Below are positions 43,422 through 53,480 of a stretch of DNA of 64,000 bases, in pieces. Origin of the DNA: an uncultured Chryseobacterium sp. (lineage in GTDB: Bacteria > Bacteroidota > Bacteroidia > Flavobacteriales > Weeksellaceae); assembly GCA_913778505.1 (NCBI GenBank), contig CAJYWD010000046.1:10566-74565 (forward strand), read 5' to 3'. Below the pieces are notes generated by a model. The model was not told where the DNA came from and ran no database searches. It was given only the letters and a program-made list of their open reading frames with translations. Position 1 is the first letter of the stretch. Each line of letters opens with the position of its first letter. A program made the position numbers and the translations under genes.

Positions 43422-44047
43422 AAGATAATTTATTACAGTCGGAATTCATTTCATCACCCGAACTTCTGGATAAGCTCCACCAAAACGGTATCACAAAAAC
43501 CTACCACGAAGGCGACATCATCCTTGATAAAAATGCGTCTATCCGCTCGATTCCCATTGTGATGAAGGGAATGATAAAGGTAATCCGTACAGAGGAAGAC
43601 GGTCGGGAGATTTTGCTCTATTACATCAAAGCAGGCGAAAGCTGCATTATGTCTTTTCTTGGCGGAATGCACAACGAAAAAAGTGTGGTAAAAGCAGAAG
43701 TGGAAGAAGATGCCGAAATCCTTTTTTTACCAGTGGATAAAGTTTCGCTTTTCATCAAGGAACATCCCGAATGGCTCGATTATATTTTCAGACTTTACCA
43801 CAAACGTTTTGAGGAATTGCTTGATATTATCAACGCTATTGCCTTTAAAAAAGTAGACGAAAGACTTCTGAATCTGCTGTATAAAAAATCTTCCAACCTG
43901 GGTTCAAAAACCATTATTATTACACACGAACAGCTTGCCAATGAACTCGGAACTGCAAGAGTGGTCGTTTCCAGACTTCTGAAACAGCTGGAAGATGCAG
44001 GCAAACTGAAACTTGGACGAAACAAAATCAAACTTTCAGAACAATAA
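43418..44047 (+). CDS. Crp/Fnr-family transcriptional regulator
   Basis: 209 aa; cNMP-like domain (GREILLYYIKAGESC), HTH THEQLANELGTARVVVSRLLK. Confidence 0.92.
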   Translation: MKDNLLQSEFISSPELLDKLHQNGITKTYHEGDIILDKNASIRSIPIVMKGMIKVIRTEEDGREILLYYIKAGESCIMSFLGGMHNEKSVVKAEVEEDAEILFLPVDKVSLFIKEHPEWLDYIFRLYHKRFEELLDIINAIAFKKVDERLLNLLYKKSSNLGSKTIIITHEQLANELGTARVVVSRLLKQLEDAGKLKLGRNKIKLSEQ

Positions 44048-44048
44048 T

Positions 44049-44101
44049 AATCCTTATGTAACAAAAGTAGCGGTACACGTTCCCGAGGATTTCCAATTTT
44101 G
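44049..44101 (+). promoter_or_regulatory. 28-bp conserved motif plus CAnnTTTG -7-like box upstream of tauE
   Basis: AATCCTTATGTAACAAAAGTAGCGGTAC (44049-44076), 17-nt gap, CAATTTTG. Confidence 0.7.
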
Positions 44102-44121
44102 CACTATAAATAAAAAAGCAA

Positions 44122-44916
44122 ATGGAAATTTTTGGCTATATCGCTTCCGTTTTAATTGGAATTTCTTTAGGATTAATCGGTGGCGGCGGAAGCATTCTTA
44201 CCGTTCCCGTATTGGTCTATCTTTTTGGGATGGATGTATTTTTGGCAACTGAATATTCACTTTTCATTGTCGGAATCAGCAGTGTTGTAGGTTCTTTTTC
44301 TTACCTTAAAAAAGGTCTGGTCAATCTGAAAACGGCTTTCGTGTTTGGAATTCCTTCTATCATCTCCATTTTTCTTACCCGAAATTATCTCGTTCCGCTT
44401 ATTCCTGACGAAGTTTTCAGCATTAATAATTTTGTAGTCACCAAGAATATTTTTCTGCTTCTCATTTTTGCCGGTTTAATGATTTTAGCCTCGTATAAAA
44501 TGATTCAGAAAAGCCCCAAATTACAATTACAACCTGTAAACTTTAATAAAAACAAAAATCTTTTGGCAGCAGGCGAAGGTTCTGTTGTGGGAATTCTTAC
44601 GGGACTTGTCGGCGCCGGTGGCGGATTTATGATTATTCCGGCTCTTGTCAATTTACTGAAAATGCCGATGAAAGTAGCTATTGGAACTTCTCTGGTGATT
44701 ATCTCTCTTAATTCTCTTATCGGTTTTTTCTCATCGGTAAAAAATGTAGAAATCGACTGGAAACTTTTAAGCACAATTTCTTCCATTGCCATTATCGGAA
44801 TCATCATTGGCGCGCAACTTTCAAAAATGATTGACGGAAAAAAATTGAAACCTGCTTTCGGATGGTTTATTCTCGTGATGGGAATTTACATTATCGTGAA
44901 AGAATTTTTTATCTAA
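44122..44916 (+). CDS. TauE/SafE sulfite exporter family
   Basis: 264 aa; LGLIGGGGSILTVP, GLVGAGGGFMIIP, AIGTSL. Confidence 0.92.
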   Translation: MEIFGYIASVLIGISLGLIGGGGSILTVPVLVYLFGMDVFLATEYSLFIVGISSVVGSFSYLKKGLVNLKTAFVFGIPSIISIFLTRNYLVPLIPDEVFSINNFVVTKNIFLLLIFAGLMILASYKMIQKSPKLQLQPVNFNKNKNLLAAGEGSVVGILTGLVGAGGGFMIIPALVNLLKMPMKVAIGTSLVIISLNSLIGFFSSVKNVEIDWKLLSTISSIAIIGIIIGAQLSKMIDGKKLKPAFGWFILVMGIYIIVKEFFI

Positions 44917-44969
44917 AATCCTTATGTAACAAAAGTAGCGGTACGGAAATTTCTAAAACTTCAACTTTG
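44917..44969 (+). promoter_or_regulatory. Second identical 28-bp motif plus -7-like box upstream of the MBL/rhodanese gene
   Basis: AATCCTTATGTAACAAAAGTAGCGGTAC (44917-44944), 17-nt gap, CAACTTTG. Confidence 0.7.
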
Positions 44970-44999
44970 TATCATTAAAAAACTTAAAAAATTATCATA

Positions 45000-46412
45000 A
45001 TGAATATAGAACAAATTTATACAGGATGTCTTGCTCAGGGCGCATATTACATTGTTTCCAACGGAGAAGCGGCGATTGTCGACCCGTTAAGAGAAACCCA
45101 ACCTTATATCGAAAGATTTCAAAAAGACGGCGTTGTTTTGAAATATATTTTTGAAACCCACTTTCACGCAGATTTTGTGAGCGGTCATCTGGATTTAAGC
45201 AAAAAAACAAAAGCGCCCATCGTTTACGGACCAACGGCAAAACCCGAATTTGAAGCGATTATTGCAGAAGACAATCAGATTTTTGAAGTAGGAAATATAA
45301 AAATAAAAGTCCTTCACACGCCCGGTCATACGATGGAAAGTTCATCTTTTCTATTAATCGATGAGAACGGAAAAGAAAAAGCATTGTTCAGTGGAGACAC
45401 TTTGTTTTTGGGAGATGTAGGGAGACCCGATTTGGCACAAAAAGCAGCAAATCTTACGCAGGAAGAATTGGCAGGTTTGCTTTACGACAGTTTGTACGAG
45501 AAAATATTACCATTGAGTGATGATATTATCGTTTATCCGGCACACGGAGCGGGTTCTGCCTGCGGAAAAAATATGCAGAAAGAAACACTCGACAGTTTGG
45601 GAAATCAGAAAAAAACAAACTATGCGCTTAACCAAAAAGATAAGGAAAGTTTCATCAAATCGGTTACAGACGGGCTTCTTCCGCCACCGGCTTATTTTGG
45701 GATGAATGTGGCGATGAATAAAAAAGGTTACGAAAGTTTTGATGAAGTTTTATCGAAAGGTCTTCAAGCATTGTCACCAGACGAATTCGAAGAAATGGCG
45801 GAACACAGCGGAGCATTATTGTTGGATGTCAGAAACAACGATGATTTTGCCAAGGGTTTCATTCCGCAATCTGTAAATATTGGTCTAGATGGTGATTTTG
45901 CACCTTGGGTCGGAGCGCTCATTGTAGATGTACAGCAGCCGATTTTATTAATTACAGACGAAAATCAGGAGGAAGAAACCGTTACCAGATTGAGCCGTGT
46001 AGGTTTTGATAACGTCATCGGTTTTTTAAAAGGCGGTTTCGATGCGTGGAAAAACAGCGGCAAAGAAATCGATACTGTGAATAGAATTTCCGCTCAGGAA
46101 TTTGAGAAAGAAATCTCAGGGAAAGAGGTTAAAATTATTGATGTGAGAAAAGAATCCGAATACGAAGCAGAACACGTAGATGAAGCTTTCAACAAGCCTT
46201 TAGCCTATATCAATCAATGGATTAACACGTTAGATTCCAAAGAACATTTCTACCTTCATTGTGCGGGTGGCTACAGAAGTATGATGGCCGCGAGTATTTT
46301 GCAGGCAAGAGGATACCGAAATTTTAGCGAAATTGCAGGTGGTTTTGGCGAAATTGCAAAAACGGGAGTTCCGAAAAGCGATTTTGTTTGTCAGAGTAAA
46401 GTTTTAAATTAA
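45000..46412 (+). CDS. MBL-fold persulfide dioxygenase fused to two rhodanese domains (CstB-like)
   Basis: 470 aa; [34 protein letters not shown]; first rhodanese lacks Cys, second has HCAGGYRS. Confidence 0.88.
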   Translation: MNIEQIYTGCLAQGAYYIVSNGEAAIVDPLRETQPYIERFQKDGVVLKYIFETHFHADFVSGHLDLSKKTKAPIVYGPTAKPEFEAIIAEDNQIFEVGNIKIKVLHTPGHTMESSSFLLIDENGKEKALFSGDTLFLGDVGRPDLAQKAANLTQEELAGLLYDSLYEKILPLSDDIIVYPAHGAGSACGKNMQKETLDSLGNQKKTNYALNQKDKESFIKSVTDGLLPPPAYFGMNVAMNKKGYESFDEVLSKGLQALSPDEFEEMAEHSGALLLDVRNNDDFAKGFIPQSVNIGLDGDFAPWVGALIVDVQQPILLITDENQEEETVTRLSRVGFDNVIGFLKGGFDAWKNSGKEIDTVNRISAQEFEKEISGKEVKIIDVRKESEYEAEHVDEAFNKPLAYINQWINTLDSKEHFYLHCAGGYRSMMAASILQARGYRNFSEIAGGFGEIAKTGVPKSDFVCQSKVLN

Positions 46413-46423
46413 AAATAGAATTA

Positions 46424-46987
46424 ATGTTAGAATTCATTAAAGAACCTTGGCCGTGGTATGTTGCAGGACCTCTCATCGGTCTCACAGTTCCTGTTTTACT
46501 GATTTTAGGGAACAAATCTTTCGGAATCAGTTCTTCTTTGAGGCATATTTGTGCAGCTTGTATTCCTGCGAATATCAGTTTTTTCAAATATGACTGGAAG
46601 AAAGAATTATGGAATCTCTTCTTCGTTTTCGGAATTTTTCTGGGCGGAATAATTGCTTCTCATTATCTCATCAACAGTACAGAAATTTCGGTAAATCCTA
46701 AACTGAAAGCAGAATTGGCGATTTACGGAATTACGGATTTCAGCAATCTCGTTCCCACTCAGCTGATGAATTTTGCAGGTCTTTTAACTTTAAGAGGTTT
46801 CATCACAATGGTAGTCGGAGGTCTTTTAGTAGGATTCGGAACCCGCTATGCAGGCGGTTGTACCAGCGGTCACGCCATTATGGGACTGTCCAATTTGCAA
46901 TGGCCATCGCTTGTTGCCACAATCTGCTTTATGGCAGGCGGTTTTTTAATGGCCAATGTTATTCTGCCGATTATTCTTTCACTTTAA
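46424..46987 (+). CDS. YeeE/YedE-family sulfur-compound transporter, first half
   Basis: 187 aa; [35 protein letters not shown]. Confidence 0.88.
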   Translation: MLEFIKEPWPWYVAGPLIGLTVPVLLILGNKSFGISSSLRHICAACIPANISFFKYDWKKELWNLFFVFGIFLGGIIASHYLINSTEISVNPKLKAELAIYGITDFSNLVPTQLMNFAGLLTLRGFITMVVGGLLVGFGTRYAGGCTSGHAIMGLSNLQWPSLVATICFMAGGFLMANVILPIILSL

Positions 46988-46998
46988 TAATAAAAAAA

Positions 46999-47484
46999 AT
47001 GACAAAAGAAACAGAAGATATACGTCATCAAGACACGATTTGCATCAACGAAAGCGAACTGAAACACAAATGGTATCACAACATCAAGTATCTCATCGTG
47101 GGAATTCTTTTCGGGATTGTATTTGTAAAAGCGGAGATTATCAGTTGGTTCAGGATTCAGGAGATGTTCCGCTTACAGTCTTTCCATATGTACGGCGTGA
47201 TTGGAAGCGCCGTTCTCACAGGAATGATTTCCGTTTGGGTCATCAAAAAATTTAATATTAAAACCATTTATGGCGAATCCATCAAAATTGCGCCCAAGAC
47301 ATTCAATAAAGGTCAAATCTATGGTGGATTAATTTTCGGTTTTGGCTGGGCGATTACAGGCGCCTGTCCTGGACCACTTTTTGCTCAAATCGGAACCGGA
47401 GCTTTGACGGTTAACGTCACTTTGTTAAGTGCCATTTTCGGAACTTGGGTGTATGGTTATTTCAGGGAAAAATTGCCTCATTAA
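46999..47484 (+). CDS. YeeE/YedE-family protein, second half
   Basis: FRIQEMFRLQSFHMYGVI, GGLIFGFGWAITGACPGP; start set at ATG 46999. Confidence 0.85.
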   Translation: MTKETEDIRHQDTICINESELKHKWYHNIKYLIVGILFGIVFVKAEIISWFRIQEMFRLQSFHMYGVIGSAVLTGMISVWVIKKFNIKTIYGESIKIAPKTFNKGQIYGGLIFGFGWAITGACPGPLFAQIGTGALTVNVTLLSAIFGTWVYGYFREKLPH

Positions 47485-47545
47485 AATCTTAAATCAATAA
47501 AGACGTGATTCAAAACTACAGTCTTTATTTTTTACTTAATAATCC

Positions 47546-47690
47546 TTACGTAACAGAAACTCCGAAAAGATGTCCAATCAAAGCGGTAATGCCCATGGCA
47601 ACAGTTCCCCAGAAACAAATTCTTTACATAGCAATTCCTGTTGATCTCAGCGCTGATCGTCGCACCCAAGATAATTAGTATTAGGAAAGC
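47546..47690 (-). pseudogene. 3' remnant of a VIT1/CCC1-like transporter gene
   Basis: Manual translation AM*RICFWGTVAMGITALIGHLFGVSVT* (in-frame TAA at 47624-47626), preceded in another frame by LIILGATISA; abuts the receptor stop codon. Confidence 0.6.
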
Positions 47691-50006
47691 TCAAAGGCGG
47701 TCTGCATTTTCGTTGACCGCTTTTTCTCTGAAACCGGACTTCGAAACCTTGCCGAAATTATACTTGATGCTCAAAGAAACCGTGGGTGTATTACCATAGA
47801 AAGTTCCTTTTGAACTTAAGTTTCTATAATTCAGAATTTGCACATAATCCATCTGCCTGAAAATATCGTTGTATCTGGCAGTAAGGTCAAACTGACCCAA
47901 AGTTGCTGTCATTCCTACATTTACCAATAGCATTGCATTATATCTGAAAATACCCTGCGTGCGACTCGAAATATAGGATCCGTCTGCCAATATTTTCAGG
48001 TTTTTAAGCAACGACAAACTGTTATTACTTGATAAATATACATAAGGTGTACTGCGCCCGGAAATCGCTTGGTGGTCTTCAATACTGTCCAGATTAAGAC
48101 TGACATTGTTCTGAGATTGCCATTTTTTATAAGTCAATTCGTAATCAATTCCAAGATTCGCTCCTTCAGCTTTGTTAAAATTAATTGGCGTGAATGTAGA
48201 CATGTTTTTGGTTTCATTATAAACTAAAGTATAACCGATCGGATTTTTATCATGGTAAACCGATGCTGTCAAAGACCACCAGCCGAGTTTTGCCGATAAG
48301 GTCAAAGTGTTGGAATAGGAAGGCAGCAATTGCGGATTGCCACGGTATTCCACATAAGGACTTCCGTACAGGCCTCCGGAAGAAAGGTTGCCATAGTTTG
48401 GCCTGCTGATACTTTTGCGGTAATCCAGACTGTAACTCATTTTTTCATCTGGCTCATAACTAAATTGGAGCGACGGAAACCAATCCACATCATCACGTGA
48501 GATATCATCTGCTCCCGAAGTTTCATTTTTGCCTTCTGCATCTGTAGTTTCCATTCTGAGACCTGCGTCCATGGAGAATTTTTTAATCTTTAAATTCAGA
48601 TTTCCATAGCCTGCCCAATTGGTCTCGCGGAAGTGGTATTTCAACACATCAGGCAATTCGATATCAGCGAGATAAGCCGTATTATCAGTGACGGTTTCTG
48701 CGCTATTGTAGCTTCCGCCGAGTTGTAAGCTGAAGGATTCTGACAATTTTTTTTCAAGGTCAGCACGTCCGGAGTAAACATTTCCGGCATAAAGCTGATG
48801 ACGGTACTGGCTGAACTCAAAACCTGAAAAGTCGCGGTTATCATAAAAATCATAATCTACGTTATCGCTCTCATGCTTGTACTGGAAACCGGTGAAAAGC
48901 GTGGCATCAATGGCAGTAATTTTTTTATTGAAATTAAAAATAGCATTTGTTGTGGCCCGGTTCCTGTCCTGATGGTTAGAGGTCTGCACATTGTTTTTAA
49001 TGAGACCTTCTGAGTAGTTGGTCTTAGTAATGTTATTGCCTTTATCAGGTCTTAAATTGCTATTGAGCGCCAAAGAAATATAATCACCATCCTGGTCTAG
49101 TTCCTGGAAGAAGTTGGCTCCGAAAATCAGCTGCGGCCGTTTTGTAATGGATTTAATGATGTAGTCGGAAGTGATGGATCTGGTGTCTACGCGGTAATCA
49201 AATCCGTTGCTTTCCCAGTGGTTGATCTGGTTGTAAGCAGCATTCAGCTTCCATTCCGACTTATTTTTTTTGCCCTGATAATTGGCAGAAAAATAATTAC
49301 TGAATTTCTTTTGCATGATGGCGATTTCCGTGAGCACAATCTTGTGCCCGTCTTTTTTACTGCGCTTAAGTTTTACCTTAATCACTGCCCTGCCCTCTGA
49401 CTCATATTTTATGGATGGATTGCGGATTAACTCAACCGATTCAATATCGTCTATCGTAAGGGCACTCAGCACGGAAAAATCGACACGCTGATTATCAATG
49501 TACAGCAATGGAGAACCTTTTCCTATAAAAGAAACGCCTTCGCCGTTAGGGTCAATTTTTAAAAATGGCAGACGCGAAAGCAGATCCGTTGTACTGACAC
49601 TTTTCGCCAGAGCAGAATTAGCAATATTGATTACCAGGTTGCCGTTCTCTACCTTTACCAGTTTCCGGCTTTTAGTAAGTTCAAGCGTTTCGAGTTCCGT
49701 AATATCCTTGCTGAAAATAATTTTCATGCTTTTATCAGAATCTAAAGTAAAAACGGGTTCATCCTGATTTTTTTGATGATGACTAATATGAAGATGATAA
49801 ATACCTGCGTTGATATTCCTAAATTCGAAAAAGCCATTCTCCGACTGAACCGAATCTATCTTCCGGTCATTGGCATCCAAAAGAATAATTTCAGAGTGCT
49901 CCAAACGCTGACCTTCTGATGTCAGCACTTCTCCCGAGATTTTAAATGGGGTCTGACAAAAAGCGGTAAACGAAAATAGAAAAATAAACATCGTGAGGAT
50001 CTTCAT
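47691..50006 (-). CDS. Outer-membrane beta-barrel / TonB-dependent receptor-like protein
   Basis: N-terminal CarboxypepD-like domain, plug (LLSRLPFL...LYIDN...IESVELIRNPSIKYESEG), C-terminal SLSIKYNFG. ATG at 50006 gives a signal peptide and has TACTTTTG 17 nt upstream. Confidence 0.82.
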   Translation of the reverse strand: MKILTMFIFLFSFTAFCQTPFKISGEVLTSEGQRLEHSEIILLDANDRKIDSVQSENGFFEFRNINAGIYHLHISHHQKNQDEPVFTLDSDKSMKIIFSKDITELETLELTKSRKLVKVENGNLVINIANSALAKSVSTTDLLSRLPFLKIDPNGEGVSFIGKGSPLLYIDNQRVDFSVLSALTIDDIESVELIRNPSIKYESEGRAVIKVKLKRSKKDGHKIVLTEIAIMQKKFSNYFSANYQGKKNKSEWKLNAAYNQINHWESNGFDYRVDTRSITSDYIIKSITKRPQLIFGANFFQELDQDGDYISLALNSNLRPDKGNNITKTNYSEGLIKNNVQTSNHQDRNRATTNAIFNFNKKITAIDATLFTGFQYKHESDNVDYDFYDNRDFSGFEFSQYRHQLYAGNVYSGRADLEKKLSESFSLQLGGSYNSAETVTDNTAYLADIELPDVLKYHFRETNWAGYGNLNLKIKKFSMDAGLRMETTDAEGKNETSGADDISRDDVDWFPSLQFSYEPDEKMSYSLDYRKSISRPNYGNLSSGGLYGSPYVEYRGNPQLLPSYSNTLTLSAKLGWWSLTASVYHDKNPIGYTLVYNETKNMSTFTPINFNKAEGANLGIDYELTYKKWQSQNNVSLNLDSIEDHQAISGRSTPYVYLSSNNSLSLLKNLKILADGSYISSRTQGIFRYNAMLLVNVGMTATLGQFDLTARYNDIFRQMDYVQILNYRNLSSKGTFYGNTPTVSLSIKYNFGKVSKSGFREKAVNENADRL

Positions 50007-50195
50007 GGAAATAATATTTCCGGCAAAAGTATATCCTAATCTGCCGATTTCCTGAAGGTAGAAGTCCTTATTGATGAATTGAGACCATCTTCTGGTGCTC
50101 ACAATCCAGTTTTAAGGTCTGTCATTATTCAAGAAGCAGTTATTCCCATTCTGTCCAATAAATTACATTACTTTTGTGATGATTAATTCTGAACG

Positions 50196-51878
50196 ATGAA
50201 AGTATTCCAAAGATTTTTGATTGTATTCTCAGTGTTGTTGCTCGGTTTGGCATTGGAAAAAGCCGTGCCTCAAATGGATTATGATGCGCTCCGGAAACAG
50301 TATCTTCTATCGGGTGACGATGTTGCTTTCAAAAATGGTCTTGATGCTTTTCTTGAAAAAGCAAGGGCAGAAAATAATCAGGAAAAACTGGCTCAAGGTT
50401 ATGGCGACGCTGTAAATATCGTAAAAGAAAGAGACCAAAAAATCAAATTTGCAGACGAAGCAATCCGCAGCGCTATAATTTCCAAAAACAGGGACACCAT
50501 TGGGACTGCTTATCTGCGGAAAGGTGTTGTTTACTACTATCAGTTTCGTCAGTTTAAAAATGCTCTGAATCAGTATCTGCTAGCCTACCGGTATCTGGAA
50601 CAATCCGAAAATGAGACACTAAAGCATCAGAACCTTTACCGGATTGCCGAGATGAAGGTCTATCTGGGCTTTCACGAAGAAGCGCTTGGCATGTTTAAAA
50701 AATGTCTTAAGTTTTTTGACAAAAAAAAGAAACAGACTGGATCTGCGGAATCAGAGTACAGTAACAGCCTTTATCAGATGGTTGCATGCCTTCAGAAACT
50801 CGGCCGATACGATGAAGCAGATCAACTCCTGGCAAAGGCAATGACTATGGACCAGAATGACTCGATAACGCCGCTTCAGAAAAGTCTTTTCTACAAATCC
50901 AAAGCGGTGTCAGAAATGCATAAAAATCATTACAAAGCGGCTGCCCAATACTTTGAAAAAGCACTTCCGGAACTCATTGCAAAGGACGATTTCATCACCA
51001 TTTCTGTCATTCATTTTTATCAGGGTTTAATTTTCGAAAAACAAGATCGAAAAAACCTGGCGCTGGAATCTTTCAAAAAGGTTGATTCTATTTTCAAGAG
51101 ACACCAGTTTGTCCTGCCGGAAGTGCGGCCAGCCTTTGAGTATCTGCTAAGAAATGAACAACACGCCACGGGCGTTCACAATGAATTATACTACACCAGA
51201 CAATTATTAAAAGTGGATCAAAACCTGAGCGAAAACTTCCGGTACCTGTCCGGCAGAATTCACAAAGAATTTGACAGGCACATACTTGAAGTCCAACAAC
51301 TTTCGCTCCAAGAACAAAGGTTAAAGATGGTCTATCTCACCGGGCTGATCGGAATCCTCCTGGCTGCATCCGTCGCATTTGCTGTAGATAAAGTGAGATC
51401 CGGCAGGCTCTCCGGGCGGGAATATGAACGCTTGAAACTAGAATTGCTACAGGCAGAAAGTGAGCTGGAGGTAATGAAGAACAGCGGCCCGGAATCTGCT
51501 GAAAAATCAAAACTTCAGATTCCATCCGACATCAAGAATCAGATTTTAAAAAAATTAGAACTTTTTGAAAGTGAACTTGGCTTTTTGGAGAAAGGCCTTA
51601 CGCAGCAGAAACTCGCAACAAAACTGCAGACCAATGTCAATTACCTTTCGCAGGTTATCAATGAACACAAGGGAAATAATTTCAACAGATACCTGGGAAC
51701 TTTGAGGATTACTTACATTACGGCGCAACTCCAAAATAATAAGACCTTCCAAAAATACAGTGTGGAAAGCCTGGCACATGAATGTGGTATTGCATCGAGA
51801 CAGAATTTTTCCGATCTTTTTTATGAATTTAATGGCGTTCGTCCTACAGAGTTTCTCAGGAAGTTGAAAGCATATTAA
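50196..51878 (+). CDS. TPR-containing membrane-anchored AraC-family regulator
   Basis: 560 aa; TPR-like helices, one TM (LTGLIGILLAASVAFAV), C-terminal LQTNVNYLSQVIN...LRITY...YSVESLAHECG...F.EFNGVRPTEF. Confidence 0.88.
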   Translation: MKVFQRFLIVFSVLLLGLALEKAVPQMDYDALRKQYLLSGDDVAFKNGLDAFLEKARAENNQEKLAQGYGDAVNIVKERDQKIKFADEAIRSAIISKNRDTIGTAYLRKGVVYYYQFRQFKNALNQYLLAYRYLEQSENETLKHQNLYRIAEMKVYLGFHEEALGMFKKCLKFFDKKKKQTGSAESEYSNSLYQMVACLQKLGRYDEADQLLAKAMTMDQNDSITPLQKSLFYKSKAVSEMHKNHYKAAAQYFEKALPELIAKDDFITISVIHFYQGLIFEKQDRKNLALESFKKVDSIFKRHQFVLPEVRPAFEYLLRNEQHATGVHNELYYTRQLLKVDQNLSENFRYLSGRIHKEFDRHILEVQQLSLQEQRLKMVYLTGLIGILLAASVAFAVDKVRSGRLSGREYERLKLELLQAESELEVMKNSGPESAEKSKLQIPSDIKNQILKKLELFESELGFLEKGLTQQKLATKLQTNVNYLSQVINEHKGNNFNRYLGTLRITYITAQLQNNKTFQKYSVESLAHECGIASRQNFSDLFYEFNGVRPTEFLRKLKAY

Positions 51879-51992
51879 TTCCTATCCGGCGAACTGTAGG
51901 CCATCCAGTTTCTTTTTCCTAGAATTTTAATCACTGCAACATTTTACATTTAAATGTTTCATATAGATAGTCAACCTATTAAAAACTGATAT

Positions 51993-52829
51993 ATGAAACT
52001 CGAAATGATCTTGACCACATGGCTTTTACTGACATGTAATGCCATCTCTGCCCAGACCTATAAAATATTCTATGACTTTAAGTGGCGGCAAGAGCTTGGT
52101 TCTGAAAATTACAATTCTGAATTAACTGTATTACAGCAGGATAAGGATGTCTCTTACTATGAGTCTGTGGCTAAATTCAAGTACGATTCAATTAAAACTA
52201 TTATTGCCAATGATGGAGGCCGCAGCTTTCCGGCTCCAAAAACGGAGTGGAAGCTACAGACACTTGTTGTTAAAGATACCAAGGAACAAATCACAATAAC
52301 GGAAGAGAATTTTTTTGACAAAGTATACCTCACAAAGTATTTATGCAAGCCTGTATGGAAAATCACGGAAGACCGTCATAAAATTTTTAATTACAATGTT
52401 CAGAAAGCTGAAACCGACTTTGCCGGCAGACACTGGATCGCGTGGTTTACAATGGATATTCCGATCGGTGATGGCCCTTATAAGTTTTACGGTCTTCCCG
52501 GATTGATTCTTAAAGTGTCAGACTCTGAAGAACATTTTATTTTTGAAATTAAAGGTCTTGTCAAAGAGCGCAATAGTATCGAAGGCCGGAATGCGCATAC
52601 TTCTAAAGTCAGTTTATCGCCTTGCAAAAGGGAAATTTTCTGGAATAATTATCGGGAAGATCCCTCAATGATTTTCGCCAACCTGAACGCACCCGGCGCT
52701 ACATTTTCTTACGTCTATCAGGGATTGAACGTAGACAGCAGAGAAGCCAAAGCACTCTATAATAAACGGGAAAAGGAAAAAATCAATACTTTTAGAATTC
52801 CAATAGAGACCTGTGCCTGTGATTTTTGA
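51993..52829 (+). CDS. GLPGLI-family protein
   Basis: 278 aa; FAGRHWIAWFTMDIPIGDGPYKFYGLPGLIL. Confidence 0.93.
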   Translation: MKLEMILTTWLLLTCNAISAQTYKIFYDFKWRQELGSENYNSELTVLQQDKDVSYYESVAKFKYDSIKTIIANDGGRSFPAPKTEWKLQTLVVKDTKEQITITEENFFDKVYLTKYLCKPVWKITEDRHKIFNYNVQKAETDFAGRHWIAWFTMDIPIGDGPYKFYGLPGLILKVSDSEEHFIFEIKGLVKERNSIEGRNAHTSKVSLSPCKREIFWNNYREDPSMIFANLNAPGATFSYVYQGLNVDSREAKALYNKREKEKINTFRIPIETCACDF

Positions 52830-52851
52830 ATCTCGTTATTTTAAAGCGACA

Positions 52852-52877
52852 TGCAACAATATTTATATTAATGTGTC
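52852..52877 (+). promoter_or_regulatory. Candidate ECF-type autoregulatory promoter
   Basis: TGCAAC ... GTGTC, with 17 nt between AAC and GTC, 30 nt upstream of the sigma start. Confidence 0.4.
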
Positions 52878-52907
52878 ATATATTGTGTGAACTAATAGCC
52901 AAATTAT

Positions 52908-53480
52908 TTGAAGACCAACAGTAAACATAAAAGTGACAGCGACTTGGTTCGATGCTGCAATTCGGGTGACAGCTCAGGCTACTCTGAATTGTATCACCGT
53001 TATTCCCGGGCTGTTTTTAATTCTGTGTATAGATTGGTGGGAGATCGTAGCAATGCCGAAGATATTACACAGGAAACCTTTATTAAAGCATTTTCCGAGA
53101 TAGCGTCTCTGAAAAACTCTGATAGCTTCGGAGGATGGATCAAACGTATCGGAATCAACCAGTCTCTGAATCACATCCGAAAGAGAAAGATATACTTTAC
53201 GGAAATTGAGGATGAGATCATATCGAATATTGAAGATGATGTACCGGAAGCCGGATTATTACGGGAGGAAAGACTCAGCCAGCTTCAGCATATTATTGAA
53301 ACGCTTCCTCTACAGATCAGAACCATTGTTAATCTTTACCTTTTTGAAGATATGTCACAGGAAGACATTGCTAAAACACTGGATATTCCTCACGCCACCG
53401 TGAGAAGCTATTATCACCGGGCTAAAAAGAAAATCATTGAAAAATTAAAACCTCAAAACAACAATGAACGATCCGCTTAA
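52908..53480 (+). CDS. ECF sigma-70 factor (TTG start)
   Basis: 190 aa; AEDITQETFIKAF, FGGWIKRI, region 4 LP...EIAK.L.IP..TVRSYYHRAKKK. Confidence 0.93.
   Translation: MKTNSKHKSDSDLVRCCNSGDSSGYSELYHRYSRAVFNSVYRLVGDRSNAEDITQETFIKAFSEIASLKNSDSFGGWIKRIGINQSLNHIRKRKIYFTEIEDEIISNIEDDVPEAGLLREERLSQLQHIIETLPLQIRTIVNLYLFEDMSQEDIAKTLDIPHATVRSYYHRAKKKIIEKLKPQNNNERSA

Noticed and set aside
47541-47565. Third partial copy of the 28-bp sulfur-cluster motif (AATCCTTACGTAACAGAA)
   Set aside because: The right half-site and the -7 box at the conserved spacing are missing, and it overlaps the VIT remnant stop codon; not called a promoter.
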